Assembly (NCBI RefSeq): GCF_001194135.2
Contig: NC_068981.1
Span: 125,776,047 to 125,824,906, forward strand
Direction: 5' to 3'
From: Octopus bimaculoides
Lineage: Eukaryota
Length of the DNA: 48,860 nucleotides
Part shown: piece by piece, positions 12,631 to 24,660 of the stretch
How the letters are laid out: each line of letters opens with the position of its first letter
Position numbering within the stretch: the first letter of the stretch is position 1
The notes under the pieces: model-generated
Databases searched by the model: none
Told to the model about the DNA's origin: nothing
The model's input: the letters and a program-made list of their open reading frames with translations, nothing else
Made by a program: the position numbers and the translations under genes

Positions 12631-12865
12631 CCATGTGTGTATACATATGCATCTATCTTTCTGTTTGTCCTCCACCATTGCTTGACAACTGGCATTCGTT
12701 ACCTTTTTTACCTTATTGCGTAACCTAGCAGATTGGCAAAAGAGATTGACAGACAAAGCATCAGACTTAAAAATAAATACTGGAATCAATTTGTTCACTT
12801 AAATTCTTCAAGGTGGTGCTTAACTGCAAACTAATGACTGAAATAAGTAAAAGATAAAAGATATT
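12368..12865 (+). mobile_element. tRNA-derived SINE with internal (TG)/(TA) microsatellite
   Basis: B-box-like GGTTTCAGTCCCACTGCA, central microsatellite and tail ...AATGACTGAAATAAGTAAAAGATAAAAGA shared with other copies. Confidence 0.75.
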
Positions 12866-12899
12866 CTCTTCAAAGTCAGAAAATACTTCATTCTTCAAC

Positions 12900-13390
12900 A
12901 ACTATTGATCCTCTACAGAGTGTGGGTGATACCCACAATGAAGTCTCTTAACTTGGGATGGTATTGCCTCTGCACATACACAGACATCCTAGACTGCATC
13001 TAGTGAAATGTCACTTGAATGATTGGTATGAAGTCACTCACAGATACTGGCCCATAGAAAAACTAGCTCTTCTTTGCCTTCTCTACAACTACTACTACTT
13101 TGGCCATTGTTCATTAGAGATGGTTCATCTCATGCCACCTCCAGTGAGTTAGAACTCACTTGTCTTTGTTCTAGCTTCCCTGCACATGCCTCACAATAAC
13201 CACAAATCCAATCCTTCCTTCACAGAATGTCATCCCACTAGAATTCTTTCCCTACACATTTGTATTTATTGCAGTTGCTGATTTACAACAATCTGAGTAG
13301 AGATTTAACAGCATCAGTCTCACTAGTTTCAGGCTCAAATGGCCTGTCAAAGCACTGTTTCTTTTTCTCGAACTAGCAAAGGTCCACCTA
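12900..13390 (+). mobile_element. Old CR1/L2-like LINE 3' fragment
   Basis: LALLCLLYNYYYFGHCSLEMVHLMPPP resembles the SLFYRYYxGxCSxELxxLxPP motif of LINE ORF2 C-termini; related relics at 25450 and 31700. Confidence 0.55.
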
Positions 13391-13814
13391 TCTGTCTGTT
13401 TGTATGTATGTATGTATGTATGTATATATGTATATGATATAGATGTGTGTATGTATATATATATATAAATATATAAATCCAAGAAAGTTAGGGGTAGTGA
13501 ATCCAACCCACTAAGGGATAATATCTATCCAATATACTGCCGGAAGAATACACAATTATTATTACACTAGTGTTTTTCCCTCGTATTACCAAGTGCAATA
13601 AATGGGTGCGGGTAAAAAGATATTTTACCCTTAATTTATATAGCAATAAGAAAATGGAGGGGAATAGGTGATATTCATCAACTTGCAGACATTGTATTGT
13701 GTCAGTTTACCTGTTTATTTGTTAACTAAGAGGACAATAATAACAATATACAAATACATGCAACATATTATGTCATATCAGTAATTAAAAAAGGACATCA
13801 AGTGACCGAAAATG

Positions 13815-13955
13815 TTTAGTGTCCAATGAAGGAAAGGTATGCATAAGTGGGTTGGCTACACCTCTGGCAGAGGCCTTGGATTGTGGTCTCACTTGGCTTG
13901 CCGGGTCTTCTCACGCACAGCATATTTCCAAAGGTCTCGGTCACAAGTCATTACC
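13815..13955 (-). mobile_element. Short RTE-type fragment embedded at the end of the CR1-like ORF2
   Basis: Translates DRDLWKYAVREKTRQAK*, matching the RTE ORF2 terminus seen at ~6870-6930; CpGs retained. Confidence 0.7.
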
Positions 13956-13960
13956 TTGCA

Positions 13961-16790
13961 TTACCTTGCAGCAGTATATCCGGATGTAGGTGGTTTATCT
14001 GGAATTTGTTGGAGATATTCATCCAGGAACTTTTTGAAGGTTATGAAATCTTTTTCCTCCTTTAAATGTTTTGGAATGATGTTAACAAAGCAGGTCCATT
14101 TGAGAAGTAGTTCTGTCTTAGCATTGTGATGTGTTGAGATCATGATTTCTGTAGAGGACACATGGCATGATGACCAAGCCTTGGGTGAATTTTAAAAGTG
14201 ATACCGATATTATTTGGGCAATACTGTCGGAACAATTTCCACATCATACAAATAATAAAGCGCTCTCGGCAGTGCTGGAGAGAATACAGTTTGAGATTCG
14301 CGAGTCGATCCCAGTAATTAAGACCAAACATGCCATCAATTATTTTTGTAATTGATCTCTGGGGTGCTTCAAGCTTTTTAATATTCTGGCTCATGTAGGG
14401 AGACCATAGTGGACAACAGCATTCAAGGTGAGGCTGAGCAAAGGTAGGAAAAAGAAGGATAATGGTTGGAGCATCTCTAGACTGTAAAGTCCTGAGGATC
14501 CAGGAGCACGCCCTGTAGGCCATATCAACTTTCTTGTTTATGTGGACACTCCAACTTAAGTTATCGTCTACAGTCACACCAAGATCTTTAGTGGTGTTTG
14601 ATGCTATGAGGTGTTCACCTGAAGGAAGAATATATGGTTGTTTAAATGCAGCCTCTTTACCCAAGTGGATTAACTCAAACTTGTTCTCGTTCAGTTGCAT
14701 GTTATGTTTCTTCGCCCATTGGATAACAACAACTAGGTCCGATTGAAGATTTGTCCGGTCTCCCATCCTGTTGACAACCTTCAGAAGCTTAGTCATTCAC
14801 GAAAAGTTTTATATTACTGTATTTAATGACCCTGATGATGTCATTTATGTAGACAAGAAACAAGAGTGGGCCTAACACAGTGCCTTGTGGGACACCACTG
14901 ATAACTTTTTCTCTGCTTGATCGAACACCATTGATCACCACATGCTGTGTTCTGTTCACCAGAAACGTTTTAAACCATTTTAGAAGCTCCCCTTGCACTC
15001 CAATGTTGGAGAGCTTTTTTAACAAGATGTTGTGGTCAACCTTGTCAAAGGCCTTGCTGAAGTCCAGATATATGACATCTGCATTGGATCCCTCACCCAA
15101 GGCCTTTAGGATATTGTTGAAGGGATGCAGGAGCTGCCATTGTGGAAACCATGCTGGTTGGGAACCAGCAGGTTCTTGCTTTCCAGGAAGTGAGTCACTC
15201 TAGATCACACCTCTCTCTCAAATAATTTGATGAGATGAGAAGTAAAGGAGATAGGTCAGTAATTCGCTGCCTGGAACTTGCTGCCCTTTTTGAAGACTGG
15301 AACGATTGACTGAGAAAGGAAACCATCAGGAATATAGCCAGCATCTAGTGATTTCCTCCAGAGAATGGCTAGGGGGAATGCGAGGTGGTGTCGGCATTCC
15401 TTCAGGACTTTAGCGGGGAATCTGTCAGGACCTACAGCTGAGTTGTTTGTAATTTTTCTTATAGCTGCTATGATATCTGGAACACCAAATGATATATCAC
15501 ACAGGGTGTGCTCAGGGTTTGATTTGTCAATGCTGCTCAGATTAATCATATCTGGATTGCTAAAAGTGGAGCAGGTCCAATCGATGAGATTACAACCTTA
15601 TGCTTTTTAGTGAGTGAGAAGAACACTTTCGAGTTGGCTTTTATTTTATCAATGGCCCATTTCTCTTCTGCTTTTGTTTGATCATCAATAACATTTTCCA
15701 AACAGTTTTGGAGAGGGTGTTTCCTTGATTCTAGCAAGTCTATATCCACCATGTGGGAGTGTTGCGGCTGGCAATATTTTAGCCAGTTGATTTTTTTATT
15801 TGTTCTCTTTATCTTTCATATGAGTGATTTTCTGGGATGTGTTAGTCCGTATTTTGTCTTGTTCATGGACCATAGGGTTGTGTAGACATATGTTTGTGAC
15901 AATGTCCATAAATAGCTACCATGATGAATCAATGCTTCTTGGAGTGAAGGAGTCTGTGAAAGACCAATCAATGAGTGAGAACTTGTGGTTGATTGCAGAC
16001 CAGTTAGCATTGTGAAGATCCATGAGATTGAAAGGGTGTGAGAGATTGAGATCACTCGAATACACAACTGGCTGCTAGAATCTTAGGTGACAGAGAACCA
16101 TATCATGGTCAGAAAGAAGAGTTTTTTCCACTGTAATATCATGGATATTGTTTGTGTGGTTGCATAGCACTAAGTCCAGAATGTTCTTGTTGAATCTCGT
16201 TTGCACGAGCACATGTTGGGAAAAGAAAAATTCATCCATAAATTAAAATAGCAATTCCACTGCAGCTTTGTCTGAAGTGGAAATGCATGCACCAGTTTTC
16301 AAGATATGAGTAGACCAGTTAACACAGGAGAAATTGGAGTCACCTGTCATTAAAATATTATCAGGGTGACATTGTTGAAAGACTTGATATTCGTGAAGCA
16401 GTCCTTGAAGCGCTATAGTGGTGCATGAGGTGGCTTGTAGAGCCCAATTATTGCTAAATCATTCGTTTTGTTGTTGACAGATACTGATTCACAGTAGCCA
16501 TTGGAAAATGAGACATTTGTTTCTGCAGTAATTGAGTCATGTAGGAAAATGGCAACTCCTCCCTTTCTTCTACCGATGCAGTCTGCTCAGATTGTGGTGA
16601 AATTCCTTACTTTTACTTCAGGTTCCAAGTGGGAATTGTCAAGGTGGGTTTCAGTAAGGATGAAGAAGGGAATGTGATGAGTGTGGTTGGTAACTAGACC
16701 TCAATGAATTGGATCTTCCATCTTTTTGCATGGAAGGGTGTGCAGATGTCTTGTACACTGAGTAAGAATGTTGAGACTGGAGTAGTGGCC
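13961..16790 (-). pseudogene. LINE ORF2 (APE endonuclease plus reverse transcriptase), fragmented
   Basis: APE motifs ILTETHL, GGVAIF, LYKPP, TGDSN, ILDLVL, SDHDMV. RT motifs GPDRFP, NY*PIS, NQHGF, DVIYLDFSKAFDKVDH, SGVPQGTVLGPLLFLVYIND, KLFVND, KDLGVTVD, QPHLECCCPLWSP. C-terminal FLDEYLQQIPDKPPTSGY. Confidence 0.93.
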
Positions 16791-16849
16791 TGGTTAGACT
16801 TTTTTAGAGTCCTCGGTAGAGATTTATGGGTTAATGATAGTGAGGAGGA

Positions 16850-18214
16850 TAGGTTTTGCTCTGAAGTAGTGGCAAAGATTGGTTCCATGTGATAGCCAAG
16901 ATACTCTTCTGGATCTCTTTGGCTAGGTTTCGCATGGATAAAAAAAGAAGAATTAACCTGGTTAAGGAGAACTTCGTGGCTGGAGTTGTATTTACATTCA
17001 CAGTTATGTTGGTTGCTTTTACTGCTTTGAATGGATGTTCTCCAGTTTCCTGAGCTGTTGGGGGAAATTTGTGTCATTAGTTTTGTTTTTGTTTTTACTT
17101 TTGTTTGTGTTCACGTTGGGAGTGTGCTTGTAACCAAGATCGTGGGAAAGGTGCGCACCAATGCTGCTGCAACAGGGTGAATATTTTTGGAGTGGATTTT
17201 GGTGATGGCAGGGAGTATTGTTTTTCATGGTATGTCGAGTCCCAGGGAAATGGGTAAACATACTCTTGCTGTAAACATACTCTCTCACACTGGGAGTAAC
17301 AACAGATTTTAGGGTTATAATTTCTTGATTTTGGTGGTGTTGCAGTAGTAGAAAGGAAATTGTGGGGGTAGTTTCTATTGCTTGAGCTTCTTGTTCATGG
17401 AAGATGAGTGAAATTACAGTCACAGTTTGTCCATAGCCTTTTGCATAGGGAGTGATGGCATATTTTTGGATTGCGATTTGAACTTGTGATTGTTGTAGAG
17501 GGGAGTGGATTGTTAATAGTTTGAGATTTAGAATTGTTTGACTTTAATGGTAATAGGGTAGTGGGGACCAGAGAGGGGGAAAGGAGCAGTGGTTGATTTT
17601 GTACACTGGCCTAGGTAGTAGTAGTAGCAATAGTACTTGAGTTTATTAGTGGAGCTGTGGTGGCGGGATAGGGAGGAAGTTGGAGTGGTTAGGATTGGTC
17701 ACTGGCAGAGGCAGAATGGAATGTTTGACTTTAGCCACTAAGAGTAGTAGCAGTAGTAGTAGGAGGAGGGAGGGGGAGAAGATGAAGAAAGCGAAGAAGT
17801 GGAGGGGTAAGTAGTAGTAGAAGATTGAAATAGTGATGATGAAGATGACTCCAATAATGAAGATGATGGTAGTGAGTCTATTGTGGTAAGGTGGCCATGA
17901 TCTTGTTGTTGTTCTTTTAGCTACTGATGTGATTGTTGTAGTTGATCATCATGGGTTGTGGGGGATAAAAAAATTCTAGCTAGTTTGTCCATGTGGTTAC
18001 TCATGTTGCGATACAAAGTAGAGATATGCTTCAGTTTATTCTCTATTTGTCTCAGGTTTCGGTTATTAAAGAGATGAACAACTCTTTTAGCAACGAGATT
18101 GAGGTTTGAGGCATGTATTTTATCAGTTTGAAAGAGAATGAACCATGAGTTAATGAGAGTATCGACTTCAGTATCTGACCAGTTGCGATTTTTAAAGACA
18201 TGTTGTGTTGGCAT
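16850..18214 (-). pseudogene. Putative LINE ORF1: Myb/SANT-like N-terminus, S/T/P-rich linker, two CCCH-like fingers
   Basis: WSDTEVDTLINSW...RNLRQIENKLKHISTLYR; frame resumes after one TAG into an S/T/P-rich linker; two NPKIC-x8-C/W-x4-C-x-FTH-x-PGTR repeats at 17389-17472 and 17235-17316. Confidence 0.65.
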
Positions 18215-18739
18215 ATTTTTGTTGTTGTTTTTGTTACTGTTGATGTGAACTACTTATGATTGTTTTCAGTGTCTTCAATTCACTGTTGGTCACTTAACTA
18301 AGTTGTTTGTGCAACAAAAAATATAGATAGTAACAATAAATATAGGTAATAAATATAGTTAATAATACCAAATAAGGACAGAAATAAACGAAATATTTAA
18401 AATATCAACTTCTGTGGTGTATTGAACGGGAGTAGACAATGATATTCATATATGTTATAATGTTGAAATAATGTGAAATATTGTGTGTTTGTTAATAGGA
18501 ATATTGTGTACTTATGAATAATTATTATTATTGTTATAGTATTATATCTTTCATAATACATGCTCACAGTACAAAAATGTAGATTTCACTGGAATTAAGG
18601 CTTTGTTGTCTTCAAGAAGGAAGAAATTTTCAGTTGAAAATTGAAAAGTTGGGTTCATATGTATTTTGTTCAAAAAGCTACTTACTGGTCAGAGTGAGCT
18701 GAAACACATCTGTTCAGTTTGGCTGCCTCATGTGTTATA

Positions 18740-19010
18740 CTTTGTTTATTTCACTGTTTCGTTTTCCTGTCTTGTTTTCTGTCTGCCACTACATTCCTCC
18801 ATGGAACAAATTTAATTTGTGTCTGTGGGAAGAGCCATTGTAACGATGCGTCCTGCCCTAACTCTTCGAAACGCCAGTGTTATAATGGTGGTAGCTGATG
18901 AAGGACATGTTCTCTATGTGGCCTGTGTGTTTTCTGTACCTTGTTTATCATTTTGTCCATGTTTTTTTTGCAATGCCATGTACCCAGATATGCATCTATA
19001 TATACATGTA
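18740..19010 (+). mobile_element. Possible Penelope-like terminal repeat relic
   Basis: CTTCGAAACG...GCTGATGAAGG followed by T-rich low-complexity sequence; similarity judged by eye only. Confidence 0.3.
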
Positions 19011-19106
19011 GATGAAGGTATGTACATACATGTACATATATATGCATATACTTATATATGCATATACTTATATATATNNNNNNNNNNNNNNNNNNNNNNN
19101 NNNNNN

Positions 19107-19144
<38 letters not shown>

Positions 19145-19146
<2 letters not shown>

Positions 19147-19370
19147 CAGAATGGCACAAGAACACAAAACATCCAGACAGTTAGGTGATACAAGAAAGGG
19201 ACAAAACATACAGATAGACGTTACAAAGAAAACACAGACAGGTCATTTGGAGTTTTCTCTCTTCAGTTGAGATCCAGATTATCCTTGCAATTTTGGCTGG
19301 TTATTCTCGATATTGCTCCAATCCAGCCAGCTTCAAGGAAAAACTAAGCTAAGATCATTAGATTCCTTGG
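19145..19370 (-). mobile_element. Possible Penelope-like 3' end with degenerate hammerhead motif
   Basis: Minus strand CTGAAGA-GAG aaaa CTC-(C)AAA(T) gacct GTC followed by a T-rich tail. Confidence 0.35.
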
Positions 19371-21069
19371 AAAGGATGTATGTCTATACATCCTTAGGTA
19401 TAGACATAAATCCTACATTTCCACACATTCATGCATCTCCACACACAACTTTTCACCATTATCAGGTGAAACTTAAAATCTCAGTTGAAACTAAAGTCCT
19501 TAATATGTGTAGTAATTTGAGATATATATTTTATTGATAAAGTCAACTATTTTTTCATTAACTTGCACTAAAGAGTAGTTTGTTAGGTTGATGCAACAAC
19601 AAAATTTTTGAAAATGAATTATTGTTGGTATTGACAAAGGCTTCTGTTTCATTCTGTGTAGGACCTGTTTTTTGTTTGATTGAGTGTCTGGGTTCTATTA
19701 CATTGTTGTGATATTTCAGGTAGAATTCAAATATTTCTTTTTTTTCCCCTTAAATAGCAGTAGCATCACAAACTTTGCTAAGTCTTGATACTTTTTCTTC
19801 TCCCCCCTCTGTGTTTAAATCTGGATTCTCTTTACTTACTTTTTCTCTTTCTCACTTTATTTCCCCTCTCTCTCACCCTCTACATTTTTCTCTATTTGTG
19901 TAACTTCCTTTAGCATTATGCAAAGGGTAGTTAGGTAAGAACATGCTATTGTGTTAATGTATAAATGGTAAAATATCAGATCGTCTTCATGAGTTGTAAT
20001 AGGAAGATTTTGCTCATTGAAATCCAAAAGGAGTTTTTCTTATATCTTCTTTTTAGATTTAGACATCATTTTATTTATTTATTTTTTATTTTTTCACTGG
20101 TGATTGGCAGATTATGCTTTTTACCAGTCTAGGTTCAATAAAATATTGAATAAATATCGTAATTTACTTGGAATAGGTCCAGTTGACGAATACCTCTACA
20201 TATATTTGTGGTTCTGCACCACTGTAAAAACAGAAATCATTATTTGGAAATGTACTCAAAATATTAAATAAACAATTTGGATTTATTTTTTTACTGACTT
20301 TACTTAAAATATGGCTAGGAAAACATTATGCAGCACATGACATGTGTAACTTAACTGGTTAATCCTTGGCTTTATATATTATGAGCTAGAAGTTACCTTC
20401 AGATGTCTTACTAGAGATAAAATGAAGCCGCATGGAAAGTATTGTTGCTGAAAATAAATACTTTACTTGCTATGAGAATTATTGGCAAAGTACACATATA
20501 AGAAAATAGCAAAATGGATTTTTGTTTTAATGATTGCATTCTTGACATCTGCATTTAATGTAATTTGATGTATCTCATGTCACACAGTCATAGGTCATTT
20601 TTCACATTTATAGCAGTTATAAGCAATTCATGCAACTTTGAATGATCACTTTATGCATATGTATAAAATAAATTTTAGTTTTTAGTTGAAGATTATCATG
20701 AACATGATAATTTTTTTTTCGTTGTCTAGTTTCAATGATGTGAATGGTAACTTGCAATGTTTGTCTCTTCTGTGGGCATTAGCTTTAATTTTTAGATACT
20801 GCATTTTTTTTTTTGTGTGGAAGATTAGTGTTATTTGAAAAAATGAGTACCTTTAAACATTTATTTTATAGAGAGTGGTCCAAGAACTGTAGAAATTCTA
20901 AGTTGGAAAACTTTCCTACTGGAATTGACTTCTCTTTTCATTAAACTTTCGTCAATAAAGTAAACTAGAGTCTGTGTACTAAAAATTGTACTACAATCAA
21001 TGAAATTAACTATATTGTTGCACTTCTTCAAATATGTGACTTTAAGCCAATTTGATAAATTGCGCAGAG

Positions 21070-21285
21070 TTGTTGGCATGCAAGACAAAATGCTAAGTGG
21101 CATTTCATCTGTCTTTACATTCTGAGTTCAAATTCTACCGAGGTCGACTTTACCATTATTCCTTTCAGGGTCAATAAAATGAGTACTGGTTGAGTACTGG
21201 GGTTGATGTAATCAACTAGCTCCCTCCTCCAAATTTCAAGTTTTGTGCCTGTAGTAGAAAGGATTATTATTATTATTATTATTAA
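21070..21285 (+). mobile_element. tRNA-derived SINE with (ATT)n tail
   Basis: GAGTTCAAATTC B-box, body GTCGACTTTACC..CCTTTCAGGGTCAATAAAATGAGTAC, tail AGTAGAAAGG(ATT)n; same family as 43150 and 47324. Confidence 0.75.
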
Positions 21286-21289
21286 CAAG

Positions 21290-21590
21290 AACACATGGCC
21301 TTGTGGTTAGGGTGTTGCACTCACAATCGCTAGATTGTGATTTCAGTTCCAAGACCAGGTGGTGTGTTCTGCTCTTGAGCAAAACACTTCATCTTGCATT
21401 GCTCTGCAATCACTTTGACACCTGACATGTGACACCTGACAGTGCACCTGTTCAGACAATGTCAATTTGATGGAGAGAGTGAGCTAATGTGCAGTATGAG
21501 CATTTTGATCACTATTAACAAATCTTTTGTGCAAAAGCTGAACACTCATACATTGTCTTCGATGGAAGAGTCCATCATTATTATATCAGA
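21290..21590 (+). mobile_element. Second tRNA-derived SINE (CORE-like central segment)
   Basis: TGGCCTTGTGGTTAGGGTGTTGCAC A-box head; CTTGAGCAAAACACTTCATC resembles the CORE motif. Confidence 0.6.
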
Positions 21591-23197
21591 TTTCATTGTT
21601 TAACTAGTTAAAAACTGCGTATTATATATTTTTGTATTGGTTCTAGGAGTATACTGTATTATCTTACATGGAATAAAGTTAGCACTAATTCTGGAATAAT
21701 CCTATGCATGTAATTCTAATGTAAATAACATTAAGCTGGAGTCTTTATAAAATAATTTCAGTTCCAAGTTATTAGTTTCATTTTTGTACATAGGACAATA
21801 TAATTTTTTTTAAATTTATTTTTTACAGAAGTATTAAATCAGTTCTGCTCGTGTTTGTGATATCTTGAATAGTTTTTGCATTTTTGTTTCAAAATATTAT
21901 TATCAAGTTTATTAAAAAAAAGATAAATTGAATTTAAATTTATTCCAAAAAAGAAATGTGAACAATATATACTTCAATTTTTTTTTTAATAAGCTAGATA
22001 TGTGTCCAATTTGAGTTCTTTTAGGGGTGGAATAAAGGAAAAAATTCTGTATCAGTAAACTCTTTCATCAAAATATGTTAGTATTATGTGCAATAACAAA
22101 TATAAATTATATGATAAAAAAAAGACAATATAGCCTTAGTTTATTTTTATTGGTGTTATATTCCCCAAAGGGTAATATAAATAGAATTTTAGGCACACCA
22201 TTTTATTTTTGCTAAATTTACAACATTATTGAATTGGGAATTTAAAAAAAAAAAAACAAGAAATATAAATTTGTTTTTTATGGGTAATTTGTCAAAAGTA
22301 TTTCAGGCATTTTCCCTGAAATATTATTCTTTTGGCTTCTAGATATTGAATAATTTGAAATATTTAAAATCACAGTAATGAAAAAAATGATAATCACACA
22401 GAAAATTAAGAGATTTTATTTTAAACAGAATTAGCCCATTGAAAAGAAACTTTGATCTATTCGAACAACAGTATAAAACAAAATATATGCTATTTCAATC
22501 AATTATGAAAAAAAAAAAATACTATTAAAAATGGTTCTTGTCACTATGGAATAAGCTGGAATTGACTTTAGGTTATATGCACCAAATGAGAAGTCTTTTT
22601 TTTCCTTTTGGGGTTCTGTCTAAGACTGTTACTTTTATGGTTAAAGTTCTCCCTCCATTTTAAGAGAAATCTATAATTAATAAACTATATTTATTTACAC
22701 TTAGAAACTAACAATGTTATGACTGAAAATAGTTTATATATATATTCAAATATATAAAATTTATAGTATAAGATATGGATTCAGAGAATCATGCAGCTAT
22801 CACAGAGAGCTCTTCTAATGGACTCAACTAACAGACCACATAGTAATCCAGTACAGAGAAGTGTAGCGTTGAGTTGAATGCAATACAGAGCAAGGTAATG
22901 AGAGTTGAATCATTGATGTACCTATGTTCTGGTGATCTGATGAGCTAACTTTCTTTAGTTGCATTGATTCGTGAATATGCAATTGTATAATGTGGAGCAC
23001 ACATATTAACTCACCATAGGGGTAGACAGTTACTTGCTGACAAGCTACATAAGTGAGTCAAGAGATTAGAGTTTGTGCGAGGGCACTTATGAAATTATTC
23101 TATTTCTATCTCTTGTGTAGTTTATATAAATACATGCACAAAATATACACATACATACAATTATGTATATATGCAAATGTGTGTGAACACTTACCTG

Positions 23198-23242
<45 letters not shown>

Positions 23243-23467
23243 ATGTTAATTTCCACAGGGAAAAAGGTGACACTAACTTTAGTTTCAGCTTGTTTGCTTT
23301 ATTGGACAGTCTGATGAAATGAGCATGTCAAAACTTCAAAGTCACTGTCAACCATTTTGTTGTTAAAGTTAATAAATATGTACACTATTAAAAAGCATTG
23401 AGTACCTTTCAGGTTAATGTTAAATTGTTTTTATACATAACATAAAAAAAAGGTATTAATATATATA

Positions 23468-24354
23468 CAAGGTGTGGTGAATATATTTTCATCTAAATTA
23501 CGCAAAAATGAAAATGACACTGACATCTCATTTTAACAGATATATTTACCAAAATTACATTAAAATATGTTGAAATACTAAAGAGTAAATTTATTCAATA
23601 AAATCACCATTGGCTTCAACCACAGCCTCCAGATGACTTCAGAATTTCCTACAACTTTCCTGGACCGTCTCCTTGTTTAAGTTGGTGAATGCTGCCATAA
23701 TCTTTGCCTTCAGTTCATCATTGGTGTCACAAGGAGTTTTCTAGCTCAACTCTTGGTCTCTAGCTCAACTGTGCCCCACACATAGTAATCAAAGGGGCTG
23801 TAGTCTGAGGAGTTAGGTGGCCAGATGTTAGCCGTGATGTGGTTGCAGAAATTGTCTGACAGCTATGACTAGGTTCTCCTACTTGTGTGACATGATGCAG
23901 AGTCCAGTTGCCTGACATAGGATCTTCCAGCAGCCACCCTCTTGACCCAGGGCAGCACTACCTCCTCCATGCACTTGATGTAAACCTGTGTTGAGACTGA
24001 AACCGTGTGGGAAGGTGAATGGAGGCATAACATTGCCATCACTAGTGATCACACCAAATACCATGATGTTAAATGGATGTTTAATTTTCATCACTCTTGG
24101 TACATGTATTGTCCTCAGATTGATACCCAAACACTCTGAAATGTTTATATTGGAGCTTCCGGCATGAATGTCAAGCAGTACAGCATGTTGTTTCCAAATT
24201 TCTGGCAGAGGGAATTGCGTCATGGTGCTGTTTTTCCCACAAACAGTACCTAACTGATCCTACTATACTGTGTAGTCAACAGAATCAAAAACAAACAATG
24301 TGCTTTCACGAAATTAGAAATATAAAATGGTAACAATTTACCCATCGTACCCTG
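23468..24354 (-). mobile_element. Internally deleted DD37D (maT/mori-type) IS630-Tc1-mariner element
   Basis: HPFNIMVFGVITSDGNVMPPFTFP...QLDSASCHT...WPPNSSDYSPFDYYVW with 37 residues between the last two D; degenerate CAGGGT-type TIRs (~16/26 match); TA flanks. Confidence 0.85.
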
Positions 24355-24369
24355 TATATTCAAAATTCC

Positions 24370-24660
24370 ACTCATTTTATCATTATTTACAAAGAGGGCA
24401 AGCCAAGTTAGCATCCTGACTTGCACCTGTTGTGGCTCGTATGTATCAAATAAAAATAACAACAAACAATAATATACCACAAGGATTTCCTATATTGTCA
24501 CAAGGCTCTAAATTTGTATTATCGATTGAACTGATCCCCAATATTTGGTTGGTACTTTTTTTTATTGAATTCAAGTGGACAAAAAGTAAAATCATTTCTT
24601 GCAGTTTAAACACAGAATGTAAAGGGATAAGGGATATTACTAAGAATTACCAGACCTTTA
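24370..24660 (-). mobile_element. Highly decayed SINE
   Basis: Weak similarity to the 43150/47324 family (GATCCCCA...GGTACTT...TGGACAAAAAGTAAAATC). Confidence 0.35.

Larger units (their letters stand above)
13480..18735 (-). mobile_element. Near full-length, decayed CR1/L2 (Jockey-superfamily) LINE, ~5.2 kb; outer boundaries approximate
   Basis: Collinear 5' UTR, ORF1, APE endonuclease, RT and C-terminus on the minus strand. Confidence 0.85.

Noticed and set aside
18810-18930. GAAAC ... CTGATGA as a permuted (type II/III) hammerhead
   Set aside because: Stems I and II cannot be formed in register with the core.
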